A DNA stretch of 64,000 nucleotides from an uncultured Eubacteriales bacterium (GTDB lineage Bacteria > Bacillota > Clostridia > Oscillospirales > UBA644), in assembly GCA_902373415.1 (NCBI GenBank), contig CABKLX010000002.1:37425-101424 (forward strand). The letters are read 5' to 3'. This document shows positions 30,013-38,362 of this stretch, piece by piece; positions within the stretch are counted from its first letter, which is position 1, and the number at the start of each line of letters is the position of its first letter. The notes beneath the pieces were generated by a model. The model ran no database searches. It saw nothing but the letters and a program-made list of their open reading frames with translations, and was not told where the DNA came from. The translations under genes and the position numbers were made by a program.

Positions 30013-30041
30013 ATTTTAGCAGAAAAAGTATCCTTTGTCAA
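30013..30041 (-). promoter_or_regulatory. Sigma-A promoter of the guanine-riboswitch operon
   Basis: On the minus strand: TTGACA (30041..30036), 17 nt, TAAAAT (30018..30013). The predicted start is about 12 nt before aptamer P1. Confidence 0.75.
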
Positions 30042-30180
30042 CACCTAATCACGCAAATTTCGCATTGTTTGACATTTGTCACATTTCGTCGAAAAACCGC
30101 GGTATAATGCGTATTCCGTCAAGAAAAGCCAGTGGCTGGCGCGTTTTTATGAGATTTTGAGCCGTTTTTCGGCAATATGC

Positions 30181-30204
30181 GCCGCCCTCCGTTCGGAGGG
30201 CGGC
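30181..30204 (-). terminator. GC-rich hairpin 11 nt after the glnS stop (probable terminator)
   Basis: Perfect 10-bp stem GCCGCCCUCC/GGAGGGCGGC. The U-run is on the plus strand only. A second small hairpin GCCAGCCACUGGC plus UUUUCUU follows on the minus strand (30141..30129). Confidence 0.45.
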
Positions 30205-30215
30205 TTTTCGGGGAT

Positions 30216-31871
30216 TTACTTGTTTTCTTTATAACTGTCTTTCAGTCCGACGGTAAGTCCGAATGTATTTTCGCGGCGGCTGTCTTTGCAGAAATACCCG
30301 GTTCTGACGAACTGGAACGTATCTCCCGCTTTCGCGTCGGCAAGGGCTTTTTCAGCCTTGCAGTTTTCAAGCACAGTCAGAGAATTCGGGTTCAGATAAT
30401 CGTTGATGTCGATGCCTTTTTCTCTGGTATTCTCGATGTTGAACAGATTGTCGTAAAGGTTGACCGTCACGTTTTCGCATTCGGAGGCGGAGACCCAATG
30501 GATCGTTCCTTTGACCTTCCGTCCGTCCGCGGGCATTCCGCATCCCGTTTCGAGATCTGCCTCACATCGCAGCTCTTTTATGCTCCCGTCGCCGTTTTTG
30601 ACGATCTCTTTCAGTTTGATTATATAAGCCCCCATCAGGCGAACTTCCCCGTCCGGTTTAAGACGGAAGAATTTCGGCGGCGGCACTTCCGCGAAATCGT
30701 CGGCGTCAATATAGAGTTCCCTCGTAAAAGCGACTTTTCTTTTTCCCGCCTCGTCGTTTTTCGGAATGTTCGGAAGTTCAAAATATTCTTTTCCGTCCTC
30801 GGGATAATTCTCGATAACGACCTTGATCGGATGAAGGACGACAACTCTTCTCTGCGCCGTCTCGTTCAGTTCCTCGCGTATACAGTGTTCGAGAAGCGCG
30901 CTGTCAACAAGCGAGACCGCTTTCGCAACGCCCGCTCTTGCGATGAAATCGAAGATCGCGGAAGGGGTGTACCCTCTTCTTCTCATACCGCAGACGGTCG
31001 GCATTCTCGGATCGTCCCAGCCGTCCACCGTTCCGTTTTCGACGAGTTTGCGCAGAAGACGTTTTGACGTGACGGTGTTCGTGATGAAAAGCTTCGCAAA
31101 TTCCCTCTGCTTCGGCTTTTTCTCAAATCCGATATTGTCAACGACCCACTCGTAAAGAGGTCTGTGGTTCTCAAACTCGATCGAACACATCGAATGAGTT
31201 ATGCCTTCAAGCGCGTCCTGAATGGGATGCGCGAAGTCATAAAGAGGGTAGATGCACCATTTGTCTCCCTGTCTGTGGTGATGACAGTGCAATATTCTGT
31301 AAATGACGGGGTCTCTCATGTTCAGATTCGGCGAGGACATATCAATTTTGGCTCTCAGGCATCTTTCCCCGTCCGCAAATTCGCCGTTTTTCATCCGCTC
31401 GAACAGATCGAGATTTTCCTCGACGCTTCTGTTCCTGTACGGGCTTTCTTTTCCCGGTTCGGTCAGCGAGCCGCGGTATTTTTCGTCCCACTCGTCCGCT
31501 GAAAGATCGCAGACGAACGCTTTGCCCTCTTTGATGAGTTTTACCGCATATTCATAGCATTTTCCGAAATAATCCGATCCGTAAAAAACTCCGTCGGGAT
31601 CTTCTCCGATGAGCCATTTCAGATCCTCGTATATCGAATCGACGTATTCGGTATCTTCTTTCGTCGGGTTCGTGTCGTCATAACGGAGATTGAATTTTCC
31701 GTTATACTGTTTTTTCGCCGTATAATTGATATATATTGCCTTTATATGACCGATGTGCAGGTATCCGTTCGGCTCGGGCGGAAAACGGGTGTGTACGGAG
31801 TCGCAAACGCCGTCCGCCAGATCTTTTTCTATTATGTCGAACAGAAAGTTTGAGACTTTCTTCTCTTCCAT
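30216..31871 (-). CDS. glnS: Glutamine--tRNA ligase
   Basis: ORF 30216..32117 trimmed to ATG 31871 (MEEKKVSNFLFDIIEKDLADG...VHTRFPPEPNGYLHIGH), which follows GAAAGGAG. HIGH motif and the VTSKR (KMSKS-equivalent) region are present. The 82 upstream codons overlap gltX and are Arg-rich junk. Confidence 0.92.
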   Translation of the reverse strand: MEEKKVSNFLFDIIEKDLADGVCDSVHTRFPPEPNGYLHIGHIKAIYINYTAKKQYNGKFNLRYDDTNPTKEDTEYVDSIYEDLKWLIGEDPDGVFYGSDYFGKCYEYAVKLIKEGKAFVCDLSADEWDEKYRGSLTEPGKESPYRNRSVEENLDLFERMKNGEFADGERCLRAKIDMSSPNLNMRDPVIYRILHCHHHRQGDKWCIYPLYDFAHPIQDALEGITHSMCSIEFENHRPLYEWVVDNIGFEKKPKQREFAKLFITNTVTSKRLLRKLVENGTVDGWDDPRMPTVCGMRRRGYTPSAIFDFIARAGVAKAVSLVDSALLEHCIREELNETAQRRVVVLHPIKVVIENYPEDGKEYFELPNIPKNDEAGKRKVAFTRELYIDADDFAEVPPPKFFRLKPDGEVRLMGAYIIKLKEIVKNGDGSIKELRCEADLETGCGMPADGRKVKGTIHWVSASECENVTVNLYDNLFNIENTREKGIDINDYLNPNSLTVLENCKAEKALADAKAGDTFQFVRTGYFCKDSRRENTFGLTVGLKDSYKENK

Positions 31872-31873
31872 AT

Positions 31874-33574
31874 TTATATACTCCTTTCGGAAAGGGCGTT
31901 TTTTGCTTTTTCGATCCTGCCGACAACTCTTTCTTTGCCGAGGATCTTCATCACGCAGTAGGTGTCGGGGGATTGCTGTCTTCCCGTGACCGCAACGCGG
32001 AGTATCATCGCAACGTCGCCGATATGTCCGCCGTATTTTTCGGGTTCTTGCTTGTAAAGTTTCATTTCGGGCGCGAAACCGAGTTTTTCCGCGATCGCTT
32101 TCAGATCGTCGAACCACTCGTTCTGTTCTTTACTCTCATCGTAAACCGACGGATACATATCGAGAACTTTCTCTATATCTTCTTTTTTCAGATTTTCGGG
32201 ATATGTGTAATCGGGAGTGAACAACTCGTCGTAGAAAAAGTCCATATACGGTCTGACGTCGGCATAAACCGCGAAATCCTTGCGGGGTTTTTTGCCTCCG
32301 CGCCCGATCGACAGGATCTCTTTCGCGTAATCGGGATCACGGTCGAGAAGCGCGAAAAATTCGGGGTCGAATTTTTTTGCCCACTGCGCCGTTTCACTGT
32401 AAATCTTATCAACGGAAAAAAGGGAAAGCACGTTTTTTGAAACGTCGTTGAGTTTGTTGAAGTCGAAAAGGCATCCCGACGAACTCATCTTCTTTATGCT
32501 GAACGGGAAATCGAGATATGATCTGTCCGCATTCTGCGCGTGCCACTCTTCAAAGTTTGAGTTCAGAAGCGTCATGACGTATTCCGCAACGCATTCCGGC
32601 GCGTAGCCCATGCGCTCGTAATCGTCGAGGTTTGCGCCCATATCGCGCTTTGAAAGTTTCTTTTTCGAGCCGTTTTCGTCCAGACGCATAAGTTGGGCAA
32701 TATGCATATATTTGACGGGCTTGAAGCCGAGGTATCTGAAAAGTTGAAGGTGTTTCGGCAGGCTCGGAAGCCACTCTTCGCCGCGAACGACGTGCGTTGT
32801 CCCCATCAGGTGGTCGTCAACCGCGTGCGCAAAATGGTAAGTCGGTATCCCGTCCGATTTAAGAAGCACGAAATCCTCGTCGTTTTCGGGCAGTTCAAGC
32901 GTCCCCTTTATCAGATCGGTCACTTTGACTTTCCGTTCCCCGTCGCCGTCGGCGAGGATATTGACGGAATACGGATCTCCAGCCGCAAGATGATTTTCGA
33001 CTTCTTCGAGCGTGATCGACCGCTGTTTTTGCTGTTGTTCGCGCCTTTCCTGCGCCGCGCCGTCCCAATCTTTTTCGGAGTTCTCGGACTTCTTGTCCGC
33101 GCTTTTTATCCTTTCAAGTTCTTCTTTCGTCGTGAAAACAGGATAAGCCTTGCCCTCCGCAACGAGTTTTTTTGCAAAGACGTGATAAATATCCGCGCGT
33201 CTGCTCTGCCTGTACGGACCGTAATCGCCTTTGTCGGCGAGCTTTCCGTCCTCTCCGAGGATCGCTCCTTCGTCGAAACGGACGCCGTAATGTTCAAGCG
33301 TTCTGACAAGACCTTCCGCCGCGCCTTCGACCTCGCGTTTCGCGTCGGTGTCTTCGATCCTGAGATAAAATACGCCGCCGCTCTGATGGGCGAGCCTCTC
33401 GCTGACAAAAACAGGGAAAAGTCCTCCGAAATGAACAAAGCCGGTCGGGCTCGGTCCGAAACGCGTTACTTTCGCGCCTTCGGGAAGCTCTCTCTGAGGG
33501 TATCTTTTCGCTATATCCTCCTCGGTCTGCGTAACATCTCCGAACAAAAGATCTGCAAGTCTTGCGTTATCCAT
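31874..33574 (-). CDS. gltX: Glutamate--tRNA ligase (long form)
   Basis: 566 aa with TRFGPSPTGFVHFGG (HIGH-type) and KLSKRD (KMSKS). The stop lies 2 nt before the glnS ATG. Confidence 0.9.
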   Translation of the reverse strand: MDNARLADLLFGDVTQTEEDIAKRYPQRELPEGAKVTRFGPSPTGFVHFGGLFPVFVSERLAHQSGGVFYLRIEDTDAKREVEGAAEGLVRTLEHYGVRFDEGAILGEDGKLADKGDYGPYRQSRRADIYHVFAKKLVAEGKAYPVFTTKEELERIKSADKKSENSEKDWDGAAQERREQQQKQRSITLEEVENHLAAGDPYSVNILADGDGERKVKVTDLIKGTLELPENDEDFVLLKSDGIPTYHFAHAVDDHLMGTTHVVRGEEWLPSLPKHLQLFRYLGFKPVKYMHIAQLMRLDENGSKKKLSKRDMGANLDDYERMGYAPECVAEYVMTLLNSNFEEWHAQNADRSYLDFPFSIKKMSSSGCLFDFNKLNDVSKNVLSLFSVDKIYSETAQWAKKFDPEFFALLDRDPDYAKEILSIGRGGKKPRKDFAVYADVRPYMDFFYDELFTPDYTYPENLKKEDIEKVLDMYPSVYDESKEQNEWFDDLKAIAEKLGFAPEMKLYKQEPEKYGGHIGDVAMILRVAVTGRQQSPDTYCVMKILGKERVVGRIEKAKNALSERSI

Positions 33575-33750
33575 ATTATCTCTCCGCCGTTTTTATTTTT
33601 TCGGTTTTCCGCCGCGCCTCGCGGGTGACGGATACGTTGCCGTATAATTACCTATTATAATACAGAAGTATAACATATAATCTTTTTCTTTTCAAGTCGT
33701 TTGCGAAAAATTTCGCCGTGTCGGGGATTTTTTTTCGCCGAAAACAAAAA

Positions 33751-33794
33751 TAAAAAAAATTTTCAAAAGGGTATTGACATATAATATTGTCCAA
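33751..33794 (+). promoter_or_regulatory. padR promoter region with overlapping near-palindrome (candidate PadR operator)
   Basis: An A/T-rich tract is followed by TTGACATATAATATTGTCCAA (33774..33794). This contains adjacent TTGACA and TATAAT hexamers and the imperfect inverted repeat TTGACA-N8-TGTCCAA. The exact -35/-10 assignment is ambiguous. Confidence 0.4.
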
Positions 33795-33814
33795 AGAATA
33801 GCAGAGGTGATGAA

Positions 33815-34132
33815 ATGGTATTTCAACTCGGTTCGGCACTGCTCGACGCGTGCGTGCTTGCCGTTCTGTCCGACGAGGACGCTTACGGCTATGTTCTGAC
33901 GCAGAAAGTCAGGCAGGTCATCGACATTTCGGAGTCCACCCTTTATCCCGTTTTGCGGCGACTGCAAAAGGAAGGCGCGCTGACGACATACGACGTGCCG
34001 TTCGGCGGCAGGAACAGGCGGTATTACAGGATAACGGAGCAGGGGCGCGAAAAGTATCGCGAATACCTTGCGGCGTGGAACGATTACAAAATCAGAGTAG
34101 ACAAAGTTTTGGGAGGCGACAGCCATGGATAA
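33815..34132 (+). CDS. PadR-family transcriptional regulator
   Basis: 105 aa with LLDACVLAVLSDEDAYGYVLTQKV...STLYPVLRRLQKEGALT...RRYYRITEQG, the canonical PadR winged helix. Confidence 0.92.
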   Translation: MVFQLGSALLDACVLAVLSDEDAYGYVLTQKVRQVIDISESTLYPVLRRLQKEGALTTYDVPFGGRNRRYYRITEQGREKYREYLAAWNDYKIRVDKVLGGDSHG

Positions 34133-34763
34133 AAGCGAATTTCTTCGGATACTTGAAGCAAATTTGAGCGATATTCCCGCTGAAGAACGTGAAGGTGCGA
34201 TCAGGTATTATTCCGAATATATTGATGACGCGGGAGGCTCGAAAGCGATATTCGACGAACTCGGCGACCCTGCGGAACTTGCGAAAAACATCAGAAACGA
34301 GGAATTTCCTTCGGACGCAGAGGCAAATAACGTAAGTGCGGCGAAGGGAACGCAATCGGTCCCCGGGATGATCATGAACGAGACCCCAGGCGCCGTATGG
34401 GGCGTTTCTTCCCCCGATACATCCGTGAAAACGTCGGGGATGCCCGTGTGGGGAAAGATACTGATAACGGTTCTGACTTTTCCGATATGGATCGGTCCTG
34501 TTTCGGCGGCTTTCGGAATAACGGTCGCTCTTATCGCTGTATCGGTCGGCTTTTTGCTCGGAGGCGCGGGCGGTTTGGTGTTCGGAATAGTTATCTCTTT
34601 CCGAAATCTTGCGTCGGGATTGCTTTTCTCCGGCGCGGGGATACTTCTCGTCGGCCTCGGGGGGCTTTGCGGCGTCGGAACGTTTTATCTTTGCAAATAT
34701 GAGGGAATCGGCGTCGGCAAACTGTGCCGTCTGATCTTTACGAACGGAGGTGCGCGGAAATGA
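34125..34763 (+). CDS. DUF1700-type membrane protein (PadR-associated sensor/anchor)
   Basis: MDKSEFLRILEANLSDIPAEEREGAIRYYSEYIDDAG followed by 3-4 TM helices. Overlaps padR by 8 nt. Confidence 0.8.
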   Translation: MDKSEFLRILEANLSDIPAEEREGAIRYYSEYIDDAGGSKAIFDELGDPAELAKNIRNEEFPSDAEANNVSAAKGTQSVPGMIMNETPGAVWGVSSPDTSVKTSGMPVWGKILITVLTFPIWIGPVSAAFGITVALIAVSVGFLLGGAGGLVFGIVISFRNLASGLLFSGAGILLVGLGGLCGVGTFYLCKYEGIGVGKLCRLIFTNGGARK

Positions 34764-35617
34764 AAGGCTTTGTAAAAATACTTATTATTTCTGCTTGTTT
34801 TATTCTCGTGGGCGCGATCGTCGGAGGTATAGGCTTTGCGCTCGGAGGCAGGGGACTTGTCATTGACGGCGATTGGAATTATCATTTCGCCGAAAACGAC
34901 GGGAAGATCGAAAAAAACGAAGTGCTCGAGCCTTTTTCGTCGGCGATAATAAATATAAGACGCGGCAAAGTCTCCGTCGTTGCCGGAAGCGAATACAGGA
35001 TCGAAATCAAAAGTTATTCTTCGGCATTTTCTCCGACATACTCCGTCAAAAACGGAGTCCTCGAGGTTTCTTCCCCATACAGCGGATTTACGCTCGATAT
35101 CGGGATCTTCGGAACTTTTAACGACAGCGTAATTGTGACCGTTCCCGAAGACAAACTGACCTCGCTTTCGATCGAGAGCAAAGCGGGCGATGTAAATATT
35201 TGCGGCTTGACGGGCTCGGCGTCGGGAAACATCACCGTCAGAAGTTCCGCGGGAGAGGTCGAGATCGAACGTGTTCACGGTTTCGGAGAATTTGAAATCA
35301 AATCGTCCGCGGGACAGATCGAGATGAACGATGTCGAGGTCGGAAAAGCAACCGTGACTTCCTCTGCGGGAAGCGTAGATATAGAGGATTTTGCGGGGAG
35401 CCTTGATTTGAAGACTTCCGCGGGAGGCGTGGAAGTTTCGTTGAAAAAAGGCGTTTATTCCGAAGATAAGTATTATGTCGAACTTGACGCGTCCGCGGGA
35501 AGCGTGACCGTGGACGGCGAAAAAGTCAAAGGTTCGGACCGTTCGTTCGGGCGCGGAAGCGAGTATCGGATAAAGATCGAAACGAGCGCCGGAAGCATAG
35601 AATTCAAAACGAAATAA
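34760..35617 (+). CDS. DUF4097-type beta-strand-repeat protein (putative adhesin-like), N-terminal TM
   Basis: ORF trimmed to ATG 34760 (ATGA overlap, ACGGAGGTG RBS). Repeats of the type SSAGEVEIERV / SSAGQIEMNDV / SSAGSVDIEDF / TSAGGVEVSL / ASAGSVTVDG / TSAGSIEFK. Confidence 0.8.
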   Translation: MKGFVKILIISACFILVGAIVGGIGFALGGRGLVIDGDWNYHFAENDGKIEKNEVLEPFSSAIINIRRGKVSVVAGSEYRIEIKSYSSAFSPTYSVKNGVLEVSSPYSGFTLDIGIFGTFNDSVIVTVPEDKLTSLSIESKAGDVNICGLTGSASGNITVRSSAGEVEIERVHGFGEFEIKSSAGQIEMNDVEVGKATVTSSAGSVDIEDFAGSLDLKTSAGGVEVSLKKGVYSEDKYYVELDASAGSVTVDGEKVKGSDRSFGRGSEYRIKIETSAGSIEFKTK

Positions 35618-35622
35618 AACAT

Positions 35623-35696
35623 AAACGACCCGCTTTTTGATATGCACCTCCAAAAGTGTCTAACTTTGGGGTTCACTTCATTTCGGCGGGTCGTTT
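35623..35696. repeat. Nested inverted repeat (outer 11-bp arms, inner imperfect 15-nt palindrome)
   Basis: AAACGACCCGC (35623..35633) pairs with GCGGGTCGTTT (35686..35696). The 52-nt interior holds TGCACCTCCAAAAGTG-TC-TAACTTTGGGGTTCA, with CCAAAAGT/ACTTTGG pairing. Confidence 0.6.
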
Positions 35697-35796
35697 CTTA
35701 TCGGATAATACCGAAATGACACAGGTTCGCGGTTGACACAGACACTTTTTCGGGATATAATATATGCGGTAAAAAGTTTGAGTCGGGGGTGACTGT

Positions 35797-36645
35797 ATGA
35801 AAAAAGGGCTGATCCTTGAAGGCGGCGCGATGAGAGGTCTTTTTACCGCCGGAGTTATAGATGTAATGATGGAAAACGGAGTGGTTTTCGACGGCGCTGT
35901 GGGAGTTTCCGCGGGAGCTGCTTTCGGTTGCAATTACAAGTCTCATCAGATCGGGCGCGTCGTTCGGTATAACACTCGGTTTTGTGCGGATAAAAGGTAT
36001 TGCGGCATCGGCTCGCTGCTGAAAACAGGTAATATTTACAATACAGAGTTCTGCTACGGCGAAGTTCCTCTCAAATACGATACGTTCGATTTCGAAACGT
36101 ATGAAAAAGACCCCATGGAGTTTTATACCGTAAGCACAGATGTCGAAACGGGAAAAGCGGTCTATCACAAATATACGGGATACGGCGATCACGGATTTGA
36201 TTGGATCCGAGCGTCCGCATCGATGCCGCTCGTTTCGACGATCGTCGATATCGACGGACAAAAACTGCTTGACGGCGGTATCGCGGATTCGATCCCTCTC
36301 GGGTTTTTCGAGAGCATCGGTTATGACAGAAACGTCGCGGTTCTGACTCAACCGAAGACGTATCGCAAGAAAAAAAACCGAATGATGCCTCTCATGCGCC
36401 TGAAATACCGCAAATATCCGAAATTCGTCGAGGCGGTCGCCAACCGCCATATTATGTACAACGAAACGCTCGATTATATTGAGAAGGAGGAACGCGAAGG
36501 GAAAGTTTTCGTTATCCGTCCCGAAAGTTCTCTTCCCGTCGGGCGCGTCGAAAAAGATCCCGAAAAACTGAAATCGGCTTACGAGATCGGACGGGAGACC
36601 GCAAAATCAAAACTCGGAGAACTCACCGAATATCTTCAAAAATGA
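35797..36645 (+). CDS. Patatin-like phospholipase family protein
   Basis: 282 aa with LILEGGAMRGLFTAGV (oxyanion GGxxxG), GVSAGA (GxSxG nucleophile) and DGGIADSIP (catalytic Asp). Confidence 0.9.
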   Translation: MKKGLILEGGAMRGLFTAGVIDVMMENGVVFDGAVGVSAGAAFGCNYKSHQIGRVVRYNTRFCADKRYCGIGSLLKTGNIYNTEFCYGEVPLKYDTFDFETYEKDPMEFYTVSTDVETGKAVYHKYTGYGDHGFDWIRASASMPLVSTIVDIDGQKLLDGGIADSIPLGFFESIGYDRNVAVLTQPKTYRKKKNRMMPLMRLKYRKYPKFVEAVANRHIMYNETLDYIEKEEREGKVFVIRPESSLPVGRVEKDPEKLKSAYEIGRETAKSKLGELTEYLQK

Positions 36646-36658
36646 AAACGGTAAAAAA

Positions 36659-36692
36659 AACGGCCGTCGCGGGCTTGCGCCCGGGGCGGTCG
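36659..36692 (-). terminator. Intrinsic terminator after the UPF0210 gene
   Basis: 15-bp GC-rich stem (ACGGCCGUCGCGGGC / GCCCGGGGCGGUCGU) followed on the minus strand by U8. Confidence 0.85.
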
Positions 36693-36711
36693 TTTAAGTC
36701 TTTGCTCCGTA

Positions 36712-38076
36712 TCAGTTTTTGAAACTGTGTATCGGCGCGGGAATGCGTCCCTCTCGCGAAACGAACGCTTCGCACGACGCTTTGTTGACGGGCATAACGG
36801 GCGCGTAGCCGAGCAGTCCCCCGAATTCGACGGTGTCGCCGACATCTTTTCCTATGACGGGGATGACACGCACCGCCGTCGTTTTCTGATTTATCATACC
36901 GATCGCCGCTTCGTCCGCGATAATTCCCGAGATCGTCGCCGCGGAAGTGTTGCCGGGTATTGCTATCATATCAAGCCCGACCGAGCAGACGCAGGTCATC
37001 GCTTCGAGTTTTTCTATCGTCAAAAATCCTGCCGTTACCGCGTCGATCATGCCCTGATCTTCGCTGACGGGAATGAACGCTCCGCTGAGACCTCCGACAT
37101 AGGACGACGCCATAACGCCGCCTTTTTTTACCTGATCGTTGAGCAACGCGAGCGCCGCCGTCGTTCCGGGCGCTCCGACGCTTTCAAGCCCGATCTCTTC
37201 GAGTATCTGAGCGACGCTGTCGCCGACCGCGGGCGTCGGCGCGAGAGACAGGTCGATTATTCCGAACGGAACGCCGAGCCTTTTAGACGCTTCCTGCGCG
37301 ACGAGCTGTCCGACGCGCGTTATCTTGAACGCAGTCTTCTTGATCGTTTCGCAGAGCGTTTCAAAGCCCTGTCCGCGCACCTTTTCGAGCGCGCATTTGA
37401 CAACTCCCGGTCCGCTGACGCCGACGTTTATTATCGCGTCCGCTTCCGTCACGCCGTGAAAAGCGCCCGCCATGAACGGGTTGTCGTCAGGCGCGTTGCA
37501 GAAAACAACGAGTTTGGCGCATCCGAGACTGTCATTATCCTTTGTTTTTTCGGCGGTTTCAAGTATGACGCGTCCCATTGTCCTGACTGCGTCCATGTTT
37601 ATTCCCGTCTTTGTCGATCCTACGTTGACCGAGGAACAGACGAGGTCTGTCTGCGACAGCGCGTCGGGGATCGATCTCATCAGAAGTTCGTCTGAGGGCG
37701 TCATTCCCTTTGAAACAAGCGCGGAAAATCCTCCGATGAAATTGACTCCGACCGTTTTTGCGGCTCTGTCGAGCGTCTTTGCGATGCGGACGAAATCGTC
37801 CGTTGTTCTGCAACATCCCGCTCCGACGAGCGAGACGGGCGTTACCGAGATCCTTTTGTTGACTATCGGAATACCGAACTCTTTTTCGATCTCTTCTCCG
37901 ACCGAGACGAGATCTTTTGCCTTCGATGTGATCTTCGCGTATATCTTCCCGCAGACCGTTTCGATGTCCGAATCGCAACAGTCGAGAAGGCTTATACCCA
38001 TCGTTATTGTTCTGACGTCGAGTTTCTGATGCTCGATCATCGAGTTTGTTTCGTTTACCTCATATATGTTGATCAT
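36712..38076 (-). CDS. UPF0210 (DUF711, PFL-like) family protein
   Basis: 454 aa: [33 protein letters not shown]... Always paired with the small ACT protein upstream. Confidence 0.85.
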   Translation of the reverse strand: MINIYEVNETNSMIEHQKLDVRTITMGISLLDCCDSDIETVCGKIYAKITSKAKDLVSVGEEIEKEFGIPIVNKRISVTPVSLVGAGCCRTTDDFVRIAKTLDRAAKTVGVNFIGGFSALVSKGMTPSDELLMRSIPDALSQTDLVCSSVNVGSTKTGINMDAVRTMGRVILETAEKTKDNDSLGCAKLVVFCNAPDDNPFMAGAFHGVTEADAIINVGVSGPGVVKCALEKVRGQGFETLCETIKKTAFKITRVGQLVAQEASKRLGVPFGIIDLSLAPTPAVGDSVAQILEEIGLESVGAPGTTAALALLNDQVKKGGVMASSYVGGLSGAFIPVSEDQGMIDAVTAGFLTIEKLEAMTCVCSVGLDMIAIPGNTSAATISGIIADEAAIGMINQKTTAVRVIPVIGKDVGDTVEFGGLLGYAPVMPVNKASCEAFVSREGRIPAPIHSFKN

Positions 38077-38089
38077 CGCTTATTCTCCG

Positions 38090-38362
38090 TCAGATCCTGT
38101 GCATCATCTCAAAGATCTCTTCTTTTTGAGTATGAACAACGACTCCCATTTCTTTCCCGATCTCGGAAAGTTTCTGCTCGATCTCGGAAAAACCCGTTTT
38201 CGCTGCCGAAAGATCGACGATCATCATCATGTTAAAATATCCCTGAACGATCGTTTGCGAAATGTCCAGAATGTTGACATTGTTCTCGGACAGATATGTG
38301 CAGGTCTTTGCGATTATTCCGACGCTGTCCTTTCCGACGACCGTTATAACTGCTTTGCTCAT
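38090..38362 (-). CDS. ACT-domain protein (UPF0237)
   Basis: 90 aa: MSKAVITVVGKDSVGIIAKTCTYLSENNVNILDISQT. The start overlaps the ispG stop by 4 nt. Confidence 0.85.
   Translation of the reverse strand: MSKAVITVVGKDSVGIIAKTCTYLSENNVNILDISQTIVQGYFNMMMIVDLSAAKTGFSEIEQKLSEIGKEMGVVVHTQKEEIFEMMHRI

Noticed and set aside
30069-30210. Possible plus-strand sRNA: TATAAT at 30103..30108 plus a hairpin with a plus-strand U-run at 30181..30209
   Set aside because: No acceptable -35 sits at 16-18 nt; TTGACA at 30069 is 28 nt away. The hairpins are adequately explained as glnS terminators on the minus strand. An independent transcript cannot be excluded without RNA-seq.
31872-32117. 82-codon N-terminal extension of the glnS ORF overlapping the end of gltX
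   Set aside because: The extension is Arg-rich nonsense (MVRRSESDRGKTRFRARNETLQ...). The conserved GlnRS sequence starts at ATG 31871, which has a GAAAGGAG RBS.
35797-36645. Patatin-like phospholipase as a possible anti-phage (CBASS-type) effector
   Set aside because: No cyclase, sensor or other defence partner is adjacent. The gene stands alone with its own RBS between a PadR module and a convergent operon, like housekeeping patatin-family lipases.
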